Shown piece after piece: positions 1 to 9,516 of a stretch of DNA of 20,000 nucleotides; position 1 is the stretch's first letter; each line of letters starts with the position of its first letter. The position numbers were made by a program, and so were the translations under genes. The notes under the pieces were generated by a model that saw only the letters and a program-made list of their open reading frames with translations, was not told the DNA's origin and made no database searches. Source of the stretch: Catajapyx aquilonaris. Lineage: Eukaryota. The DNA is taken from positions 53,874 through 73,873 of the forward strand of contig JYFJ02001649.1 in the NCBI GenBank assembly GCA_000934665.2, given 5' to 3'.

Positions 1-603
1 CTTGATTAGTCCAGTAGTTGCTTCAATGGTGCACAAGCTGAAGGTAAGAGTGTAATTTTGATTATACATGTGATCTACTCCATGTTTATAGTTTTCAAGG
101 GCACCAAAGGACATTGAGAGCAGAGCAAGAGCGGAAGAAGTCCATTGGCTGACTGATTCGATTCAATCAATCCATCAATCCTTCCCTCCCCTTCTTCCCT
201 CCCCTACCATCATCCATTTATCTGTAACAACCCACCCTGGCCGCCACAACCTTCCAAATCCAACTGCTGCTGCTGGACTTCAATTGCAGCACAGCCGGTC
301 AGTGATTGCGCTGCTGTATGTGCTGTATGTGTGTCGACCACTACCATCTCTGGCGCCGGCGTTGATTACTGTCCATCATCCTTAAACACGTTCACCTCCT
401 CGAGTTACACCCTTGTTGCCAGTGGTGTCTCATCCTGTGGCGTGAGACTACGTCAGTCAAGTGTCGCTGGTGTCAGCAGGTACAACTTGTGACTGGATAT
501 CTGAAATTGCGGAAAAGTGAGTGTGTAAGTGGCCAAAAAATTTCACTACGTCTGATGGTAAGATTCATCTGCACGTCGTAATATCTACAATACTTGTATG
601 ACG

Positions 604-845
604 TCAAGCCTGAACTGTATGGTAAGTCAGTGTCGTATACGACAGTATGTGACGTATACGACGTATACGACGCCGTATACGGTTGTATACGTATACGTAT
701 ACGACGATTTATACGGTTGTATACGTATACGGCATAATTATGACGTATGCGACGTATGACGTATACGACAGTATACGACATATGACGTATCCGACAGTAT
801 ACGACATATGACGTATCCGACAGTATATGATTTATTCTGGCTTGA
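604..845. repeat. TACGAC/GTATAC-rich minisatellite bounded by short inverted repeats (MITE-like)
   Basis: Dense array of gtatacgac/gacgtat motifs, including an exact 26-bp tandem duplication cagtatacgacatatgacgtatccga (769-794, 795-820). It is flanked by tcaagcctgaa (604-614) and ttctggcttga (835-845), an inverted match of 10/11. Confidence 0.65.
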
Positions 846-1059
846 ACCCTTCCCAATCAGCTAACATGCAGGTTAGAGACCTTAGCTTAACACTATAAGC
901 ATTACATAAGTGGTGTTCAAATGCACATGACAAAAAGGTCATTGCTTGGCCCTCACTTGTCAATGTACGCATACTCAACAGTCTCGGGTTTAAGAGTTTA
1001 ATAATTCGTATCATATATTAGACAAATGCAAATTTTTAAGGGCAGTTTCCGGTGCAGCC

Positions 1060-2268
1060 ATGAGATCGTCTGTTGCAACGGTACTGCTGCTGGCAACTCT
1101 ATTGGCACTGCTGAGAGGACCTGGCGTGCACGCGAGAGATGGCGAAGAGGACACACTCCAGGAGAACTTACTGGACACCATCATGATATCTCCCTGGAAG
1201 TTTATCCAGCCTCCTCACCATCTGCCTGCACCTCTTGCATACCAAGACGAAGATTCCAGCATGGATGAAGGAATGGGCAGAATCGGGAGAGTCCACACCC
1301 CTGGTCCTCTTCATAAGAAGGAGTCGTTGCGGAACACCCTGTGGCTGCCACGTCCACTCACCCACGTAGACTACGCTTACCGACATCACAACCAGGAGCA
1401 TGAACAAGGCTACGGAAATCTTCACAGGACCAGATATTCAAGTATAGCAAGGAGGGTGATTTCATATAGGAATGTTCCCTACTAATGTGCGCTTTGATTT
1501 GCAGCCGAAGATGACACTCCTCTGGAGGAAGGTGCCGAAGAAGAGCAGAAGCCAGCTGAGGACTTGTGGGATGAGTCACTGGTTCCAACCGCCAGCAGTG
1601 ACATAAGCTCGTGGGAATCATCAGAAGAGGATGGGGCTGACGACAATGGTGAAGACGGAGAGGAGGACGAAGAAGAGGACGAGGACGCAAGAGAAGAAGA
1701 CAAGCTGGAGTCATCCTCATCGTCATCTTCGTCATCTTCGGCACCGTCATCATCAGAGGAAGAGTCGACAACTACCAGTGCACGTATCCGCAACAGTCGC
1801 GCAAGAGCTAACCGTCGACGACTATCCGAGTGGTTCGACTGGCACATGAGTAACTGCCATTCCTCAGAAGCCAGCAACCGAAGCTGTCGATGGGTCTGCA
1901 CAGACAGAAAGAGGAATCCTTGGGGCTTCGGTTGCTGCAGATGCAAACCAATCACCACCACCTCCGCCCCTACCACCACCATTAGCTCTCCTGTATCACA
2001 ACGTTCATCCATGCTTCTTCTGCAGCCATTCCTCATCCCTCTCCTGCATCCCTCCTCACCCATGGGCCAAAACAAGGGACCAATCATGACGACAACTCCA
2101 TCCGCTTCTGCCCAAAAAGTTCCACCTAGAGCAGCTCAGGATGAACTCAGCTTTTTGCTATTGCGTCCCAACAAAGTAAGCCATTCCGCTGAAGAAGATG
2201 ACGGTGATATGAATCAGAATATGATGCAACACAACAATTTGCTTCTTGAGAGAAAGCGACGACGCTAA
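1060..2268 (+). CDS. Secreted acidic Asp/Glu/Ser-rich orphan protein with a 6-Cys module (gene A, about 381 aa, 2 exons)
   Basis: N-terminal signal peptide MRSSVATVLLLATLLALLRGPGVHA. ORFs 1060-1485 and 1564-2268 share a frame and join through a 63-nt phase-1 intron 1442-1504 (gtatag...ctaat branch...tttgatttgcag). Exons are 1060-1441 and 1505-2268. AATAAA at 2412-2417. The donor choice is less certain than the acceptor. Confidence 0.7.
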
Positions 2269-2724
2269 CACTTCATACACACCACTATATCCTAATACCC
2301 CCAATTAATATTTTCCGTACCACACAGGATACCGAATCGAGGCATTGTGTAAAAATATGCAGTATATTGCCGGCATTATTATTTACAATTATCCGCAATG
2401 TATTTTAAAGTAATAAAACATGTTCACTTGCTATCGTGTTTCTTTAGTTTGGTTGAAAAGCTTTACATTTGAATGTTGTCGACTAGAACTGAAGTTGAAC
2501 AGCCGCCCTACACATAACAGCAACGGAAGCACCGATCTAGCCAGGTTAAATACATAAACCAAGGCAACAGCTGTAAGATGAGGGGGTGGATGGTACAGAC
2601 AACGAGCCTTGGCCAATTTGAAATTGAGCCAACAGAGTCGCAGAGTTGCAGAAGAGCCTCTTTTCCTTCAGTTGTGTGAAAGTGATCAGTGATTCTGGGA
2701 CGTCTTTAGCCTGAAGGATCAAAT

Positions 2725-3745
2725 ATGCAAGCCTGGATACTGAATCTACTGTTGGCAAGCACACTACTGATAGTGACCAGTGGTTTTCCCACAAAAATTC
2801 ATGAGCTTCAAACAAAACTGGTAAGTGTTACTCTATGTAGCATGTGGACCATATCACATTGTTTCATGTTCTTATCAGGAAGGTGGGTCAGAAATTGTCG
2901 TACCTTCACCATCGACAATCCCAGATGAAGAAGTGACAGACCTCTTTCGACTGACAAAGTCGGAGAAGAAGGCATGGCGAAGGGAGAGGAGGAAGGAAAG
3001 GAGGCGAGAGAGAAGGAGGAAGAGAAAGATGCGTCGTATGATGAAGATGACCAAGAGGAACAGAGTAGGCAGAGGAATATTCACTCCGGATCCACCCAAG
3101 ATCAACGTGAGCCTCAACGAACTCTTCGGGACTACAACACCTCCCCCTGCCTTCTCAGCATACTTCCAGCCGAAGAAGCACGTGCAGACAGCAGTGTTCC
3201 TGTGGCCGGTAGTGTCCTTCTCGCATGCAACAGCCCAGGCCATCGCAATCACCGGGAACATCCCCACCGGCACAGCACGGGCCGAAAGAGCCAGGTTGAA
3301 GTTGGCCCAAAGTGGCCAGAAAGTGGCGGACAAGATCAACAGAAACAAAGAGAAGCCTCAGCAGCCGACCCAGAAGCCTCATCCACGTCTTCCTCAACCA
3401 CCACCACCACCGCCGCCTCCTCCTCCTCCTCCCCCTCCACCACCGCCTCCACCTCCGCCTCCTTACCCTCCTCCCCAGCCCCATCAGCCCCCTCGATGGA
3501 ACAATCAGTACGACAAGTACGGCCGTGGTAAGCCCACACCAGGAGGTCCTCAGCAACCATGGAACAGGGGGAACACCCAGCAGCAACACCAGTACGGGAG
3601 GAACAGGCAACCACAGAGATACCCTACCAACCAATACGACGGACAGTACATCAAACAGCATCGGTACAACCAACACAACAAGAATTACCAACATGGCGGG
3701 CGCTCACCAGAACCACATTATTATAACTCTGACGAACCGCGATAA
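2725..3745 (+). CDS. Secreted Arg/Lys-rich, polyproline, Gln/Tyr/Asn-rich orphan protein (gene B, 320 aa, 2 exons)
   Basis: Exon 1 2725-2820 encodes a signal peptide (MQAWILNLLLASTLLIVTSG-FPTK...). A canonical 58-nt intron 2821-2878 (gtaagt...ttcttatcag) follows. Exon 2 2879-3745 is in frame (EGGSEIVV...YYNSDEPR*). AATAAA at 3862-3867. Confidence 0.85.
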
Positions 3746-4026
3746 ATATAGAATTTGGAGAATCAAGTTGTTGCCATGCATTGTTCAAATTATGCATTTA
3801 AGTTGTTGTTTTTTCGGGAAAAAATGCATATGTTCCCTACATTCTTAAGTACATAACATGTAATAAATTATAGCTAATAATAATCTCAATAACTTTCTTA
3901 TTCCATTCTGCAAGTTCAACCATATGCAAATGGGGCAATTCGGAGAGAAGTGAGCGCAAAAAATTAAGATGATGGAAAAGCAGGATTGCGAATCCATTCA
4001 TTTCTTGGCTTGCTTCTGAACGTGAA

Positions 4027-4156
4027 TACACGGAGGAAAATATTTTTAGAGCAGCCCTTGGGGTAAGTGCCAATTACGCGAACCCAAACCGCCTCGCCGC
4101 AATTCACAAGAGCCGCTCTAAAATTTCGCAACCTCTTTGTTTGTACCCGCTGTGTA
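4027..4156. mobile_element. Possible degenerate MITE (tacac...gtgta ends, internal inverted repeat)
   Basis: ttttagagcagcccttg (4044-4060) is inverted to caagagccgctctaaaa (4107-4123), 15/17. The outer ends are tacac/gtgta. Confidence 0.3.
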
Positions 4157-4511
4157 ATCAACAAGGAGGTGCATTACTGAATATATTTTTAAAATACGTT
4201 GCTCTTCCACGGAATTATGAACATAGTGCTTAATGGAAAGAATGATTACGAAATATCATGTAAGGGACACGATGCCACAGGAAACTCTTAACAAGCAGGA
4301 AGGAGAGGGGGGGTAGAAGAGGTGGGGGGTGTTTACATTCATATCAGCTCATTAAAGAGTTAGGCCCTATACCCAGATTAAGTCCTTTATCATTCTGGAC
4401 ATTCACTATGCAACTGCTTTACTTGCGCAGTGTCCTATACACATAGCTTGATTGTAAAATGCGGGTGTGAATCTCTCTCCCCAGCTCATTGTTGCCCGTG
4501 GCCAAGAAGAT

Positions 4512-6764
4512 ATGGCAAGCTGCTTGTTAAGAATGGTCAAGTCTCCTCTGGTGATGGTAGCAGTGATGCTCGTCATGGTTAGTCATTAGCTTATAAGCTT
4601 CATAGCAATGTTGGCTGTGGGAGCTTAGGCAACAGTGCAACAAGGTGTTCCAGAGTCGAATATGCAATTTTTAAGCTCCTTTACTAACCAGACACACAGG
4701 TGGAACAACAATCAAAATGCACCGGACTATTATTAGGGCAAAGGTGTTTCTTTTGTAAATTGATTCTATTGATCCCGGCATCTGAGCAATGATGTAATGA
4801 AATATTAATATTGAGAATTACGTTTCAAATTTTGTCGCTATAATTTCAACCAAGTTGCTAAACTATAGTGACGTGATTGTTTTCAGGCGAGTGTGATGGT
4901 TGACGACTGTGAAGGTGGCAGAGTAGGCGGAAGAGGAGGAGGCGGAAGAGGCGGCGGGGGAGGTGGTGGAAGAAGGGGCGGAGGCGGGTCAACGGGAGGT
5001 CACGGCACCGGAGGGTCGTCGGGAGGAACCATCAGCCACGGAGGGTCAGCTTCAGCAGGAGGAGGGGCTGGCTGGAACACGGGTGGAGGAGGGTCGTCGT
5101 CTGGAGGATCAAGTGGTGGTGGACATCAGGTGCCTTCAGGGGGGTCAGGAGGTCAAGCGGCAGGCGGAGGAGCTGTTGCTGGTGGTGCGGCTGGAGCAGG
5201 TGGTAATTATGGCTGGAGAGACTCAGGAGGTCAAGGGGCCGGAGGAACGTCGGGTCAAGGGTCTGGAGGGGTACCTGGACAAGGGGGAGCTGGTGGACCA
5301 GGCAGATGGAGAGATCCAAGTCAAGGAGGAGCAGGAGGTCAAGGGGCAGTAGCACCACCAGGTCAAGGGTCTGGAGGGGTACCTGGACACGGGGGAGCTG
5401 GTGGACCAGGCGGATGGAGAGATCCAAGTCAAGGAGGAGCAGGAGGTCAAGGGGCAGTAGCATCACCAGGTCAAGGGCCAGGAGGAAACTATGGGTGGAG
5501 AGATCAAGGAGGTCAAGGGGCACTACCTGGTCAAGGGCCTGGAGGAGCTGGTGGACCAGGCGGATGGAGAGATCCAAGTCAAGGAGCAGGAGGTCAAGGA
5601 GGAGTGGCACCACCACCAGGTCAAGGGCCTGGAGGAAACTATGGGTGGAGAGATCAAGGAGGTCAAGGGGCACTACCTGGTCAATGGCCTGGAGGAGCTG
5701 GTGGACCAGGCGGATGGAGAGATCCAAGTCAAGGAGGAGCAGTAGGACCACCACCAGGTCAAGGACCTGGAGGCAACTATGGGTGGAGAGATCAAGGTCA
5801 AGGGGCAGTACCACCACCAGGTCAAGGGCCTGGAGGAAACTATGGATGGAGAGATCAAGGAGGTCAAGGGGCAGTACCGGCACCAGGTCAAGGGCCAGGT
5901 GGAAACTATGGGTGGAGGGATCCAGGAGGTCACGGCGCAGGTCACCGTCCAAACCAGCCCCAATGGCACGACAGAGATTCAATAAACAGGCAGGGGAGCA
6001 GTAGCAACAACAGAGGTCAATGGCAGCACGGTGGAGGAGGCTGGTCAGGAGCTGGTGGCTATGGGCACAAACCAAAAAGTAGCCTCACCAAAAAATTAGC
6101 GGAGAAGGTCAAGGACACTTTTGCATTTCCAGGGAAGCACACCAGGGGCACTGTGTGGGGCGGAGGTTATGGCTATCACAACAAGCAGTACCGCCCGTCG
6201 TACCACTCTGGATGGAACACAGGTGGCAGTGCACTAGGAGGACTCATGCATGGTGGGCATCATCCTTGGGGTGCTTATGCGGGCACAATTGGAGGAGCCT
6301 ACGTCGGATACCAGCTGGGTTCCAAAGTGTCCAAGAACATCCATCGCTTCATGTATGCAAGACCCAGCGTGTGGATCATTGCCAGCAGCAGCAGCCACGG
6401 CTGGCAGTGGAGGAGACGACACCGCGACAATCGACATGACCCACTCAGATTTCACGGACACCGATTCTACATGCGACATTGGTATGGAAGTCACGTGCTG
6501 GAAGATAAATATGATTGGAACCTGGTTGGCATGGACATCAGCAATAGCACCAATGCGACACTTACTGACGACACAGAATTGTCAACCACTACTCTTCGAC
6601 CAGGAATGCCTGTATGTGATTGGAGGAAGCAGCCACTATACTGCGCTGGTCTCGACTGCGCACAAGTGACAGAATATGACAAGCTACACTTTTTGCCATT
6701 CCATTGTTGCCATAAGCTCAGTCTTTCCATGCGGAACTGCCTCGATTTGGGAAATGACATTTGA
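4512..6764 (+). CDS. Secreted Gly-rich tandem-repeat protein with prion-protein-like motifs and a C-terminal 6-Cys domain (gene C, 647 aa, 2 exons)
   Basis: Exon 1 4512-4577 (MASCLLRMVKSPLVMVAVMLVM), then intron 4578-4886 (gttagt...tgttttcag). Exon 2 4887-6764 is in frame and completes the signal peptide (ASVMVDDCEG/GRVGG). It is a long ORF with Gly-rich repeats. AATAAA at 6825-6830 and 6924-6929. Confidence 0.88.
5200..5935 (+). repeat. Coding tandem repeat: 10 WRD-containing Gly/Gln/Pro units
   Basis: Six GGNYGWRD-type units and four GGPG(G/R)WRDPSQ-type units, near-identical at DNA level (for example ggaggaaactatgggtggagagatcaagga at 5481 and 5631). Confidence 0.95.
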
Positions 6765-8101
6765 TATGTCTATTTACTCAGGTTGGACTTGAACACCAGT
6801 TAGTGTTATAAAAAATAATAGATAAATAAATAAGAACAGCCAAACTCAGGATATTTCATCATTTTCAACCTTCAACATTGGACTTTGAAACATGTGTGGT
6901 GATTAGACCAGTAATGCCTCATTAATAAAACCTATATTAGTTTACTCGAGCTATATCTAACACTGTGAAGATATCAACACCAATTGCAAAGTTTCCTTTT
7001 GCGGAAATTCGTTTGTAACTTGCATGACCTTGATTGCCCCGCATATACGCTATGAATATCGCTGTCAAAACACATGAATTAAATCCCTTACATTTCATGC
7101 TAACTTCATTACAGGCAGCGCAGGTGACGGTCAATAGACATCAAATTCAACAATAAGCATTGTGTTTTAAATACAACATTCTACAGAATTGACGAATCTT
7201 CCAATGAGTTGTACCCTATCAGAAATATCGGCTGATCGACCCCATTGTGTACACTTTTTATTACAACAGGTGAAGTAATAATTCGTCCCATTTTCACATC
7301 GTAAATAGTGTATATGACAGGTTTACGTCAGACTAAATGCGTTTTGATAGTTCATATCAAACTCGCCCATTTCCTTCCTCCCCTCCCCCCCTTACTTTGT
7401 CACAAACAATAACACGCAGATGACACTGGACGCTCTATAATGTCACAGTGAGTGTAAGTCAAGGACATCCAATTGCAATGCCAGGAGGGAATCTAGTTCC
7501 TCGTTAGCGCAAATTATGTAAATCCACCGACTTTCCTCATTTCGACAGACAGTTCTCATCTGTTCTTCAGAAAAACTGTCGAACCCTGCGACCTTGAAAA
7601 TCTTCCTGCAGATGTCTGTATGGCCATATTCACAGCAGAAGCAACACGTCAATGAAACATCTGCCATGTATGTGAGCCAGGTATGCATATGGTGCTGCAT
7701 GATTAATAACACTTATAAGTCTACAATGGCCAAGTTTTTCTGTGGCACACTTCACGATGTTGATGACACCTAATCATAGACAGTCATTTCCACAAGGCAT
7801 TGTTCAAATTATCCTGCGTAAAATTCGCAATAGCCCTATTGTAACGAGACCCTGACTGTTGCTAATTTTCGACTCTATAACCTTTCTATAGTCTGTGGAA
7901 ATAAATATAATCACCTGGTGCACATTCCATGCGAAATCCACCAATGACATTCCTCCACGAGTCACCATCAACATCTACAACTGGGCGTGCCTCACACTGT
8001 GTACAGTACGAAGCCCCAGATAAGATATTGTCAAAATAACAACCACCACTGCAAATACCGCCGAAATTCATATACATCATATCCGACATAAATATAATTA
8101 T

Positions 8102-8215
8102 CCTCCTGAGACCTGGAGTACAGTATACTGTACCTTTGTTTTTTTTACGCGTTTGAGTTAGTCAGGTGCTGGAAAAAACAAAGGTACAGTATACTGTACC
8201 AGGGGTCTCAGGAGG
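8102..8215. mobile_element. piggyBac-like MITE (114 bp)
   Basis: Long terminal inverted repeats cctcctgagacc...gtacagtatactgtacctttgtttttt / aaaaaacaaaggtacagtatactgtac...ggtctcaggagg. The termini are CC...GG. A direct 4-bp duplication ttat (TTAA-like) lies at 8098-8101 and 8216-8219. Confidence 0.75.
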
Positions 8216-8308
8216 TTATTACAGAAATTTTGTCCTCCCCAACCCTTTGTTAGTGTAACAATCGGATGGATTGTAGTTCGCAGCAGTTCGCAGTCATTTT
8301 GAAAATCC

Positions 8309-8364
8309 GCCACGTCACGAATTCCGTCCACGAGCCATGCGCGGATTGGCTACCCTCGACCAAT
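8309..8364 (+). promoter_or_regulatory. Putative SMIM14 promoter with a UPRE/CRE-like site and CCAAT boxes
   Basis: CCACGTCA (= TGACGTGG) at 8310-8317, CCACG at 8328-8332, ATTGG at 8345-8349 and CCAAT at 8360-8364, in a CpG-rich patch. A candidate first-exon donor cag|gtacgg lies at 8448, and an acceptor tttttag ends at 9427, upstream of the ATG. Confidence 0.45.
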
Positions 8365-9516
8365 GACGAGACAAACAGGGTTGGAAGAGCAGTATTGTAT
8401 GTGGCAGGTTCAGCAGCAGACGAGCGAAACACTGGATCCATCATCAGGTACGGGCGGTACCTGCGACGGTCTGGGGATCAGCACGTCCAGGGAAAGGTCA
8501 GTGGTGACCCCCAGCAGGTCGCTTAGGAGTTATGTCGAGTTGGTGACACAAGGTTACGGGATACGGTACGGGTGTTGTAGGAAGCTGGTGACCTCGTTAC
8601 ATGTACCCATCTTCTGAGAGATTTTTTTTTTTTGAGAGGTTAGGATATGCTCAGGACATCCCCCAGGACCTTCGTTTAGCATGGGAAGTAAGCTGACTTT
8701 CACCCTGCCACACCCACTACACCTGCGGAGTACATTTTTTAAAAAACCATTGTTGCAGTCAGCTGTGACCTTTTTGCAGGTTGCCCATTTCGCAAATATT
8801 AAGTCCGTGCCACAAAAAGTACTATTGCACGTAAGCAATTTACCAACAGTAATACCGTTACAACCTCTATTGTTATTCCAACACCTGTGACCTACAACTT
8901 GATAAGGGTATAAAAATTGGTCTGAATTTTTCAATTGGCAATGCTGTGTAAACAAGCACTCCTGCAAATTGTGGCTGGCAAGGACATTCCGGCCAAAGAT
9001 TCCGGCAGCAATCTGGCTGCGCACACACACATCCTGGGCGTCATGTTAGTACCCTTTTGCCTGCCTCACATATATATTTTTTTATCTTTCCTTTGCATAC
9101 CCCCCCCACACCTCCCCTGCATGCATCCCTATGATGTAAGCATTCATATACACCCATAAAAAGGAGGAAGGGAGCTTCGTGACTTATTCAACTAAAACTG
9201 ACATGCGGCTTTTTCTTTCAAAAGTTTCCTTTGTTGATGTTGGGTCACGTGATTATTTTCCTAAATGTCTTGTGCCTGCCTGGGTGTTTGCCAGTGGTTG
9301 AGACAGACCATGGGAAGGGGCTTTCCCAATGACAACCTGGGGGAGGAGGGATGAGGGGGGGGGGGGGTTGCCTGGCACCTGTCCATGGATACCAGCATCA
9401 TGCAGGGTTTGTTGTACCCTTTTTTAGGTGACAAAAAAGAGCAGGAGCATTGCCACTGACAAGAAGCAAGTCATCTAGTCCAGAGGAACAGCGGTAGAGG
9501 TACAGAGACAGTCGAG

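Noticed and set aside
2..385. Possible spliced + strand ORF (donor aag|gtaaga at 44, acceptor tttatag at 91)
   Set aside because: The translation has no recognisable features and crosses simple repeats. It may be UTR or non-coding exon sequence, so I cannot support a CDS.
473..856. 127-aa minus-strand ORF rich in Y/R/I/V
   Set aside because: By-product of the gtatacgac minisatellite.
1483..1497. Stop-codon readthrough or selenocysteine between the two in-frame ORFs of gene A
   Set aside because: Both stops lie within an intron-like segment with a branch point and acceptor, so splicing explains them.
1456..1504. Alternative donor agg|gtgatt for the gene A intron
   Set aside because: It gives a 49-nt intron that shifts frame and stops near 1605, losing the long acidic exon. 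It cannot be fully excluded as a short isoform.
1358..6760. Numerous antisense and alternate-frame ORFs over genes A-C (for example the 347-aa Leu/Asp-rich and 232-aa RS-rich ORFs)
   Set aside because: Shadows of low-complexity coding repeats, with no independent signals.
7443..8089. Two minus-strand ORFs (89 and 67 aa), one with an ankyrin-like CEYGHTDIC snippet
   Set aside because: Too short, no convincing splice model or family match.
9339..9368. G-rich tract (also C-run near 11407) as G-quadruplex
   Set aside because: Simple homopolymer runs in introns with no evidence of function.
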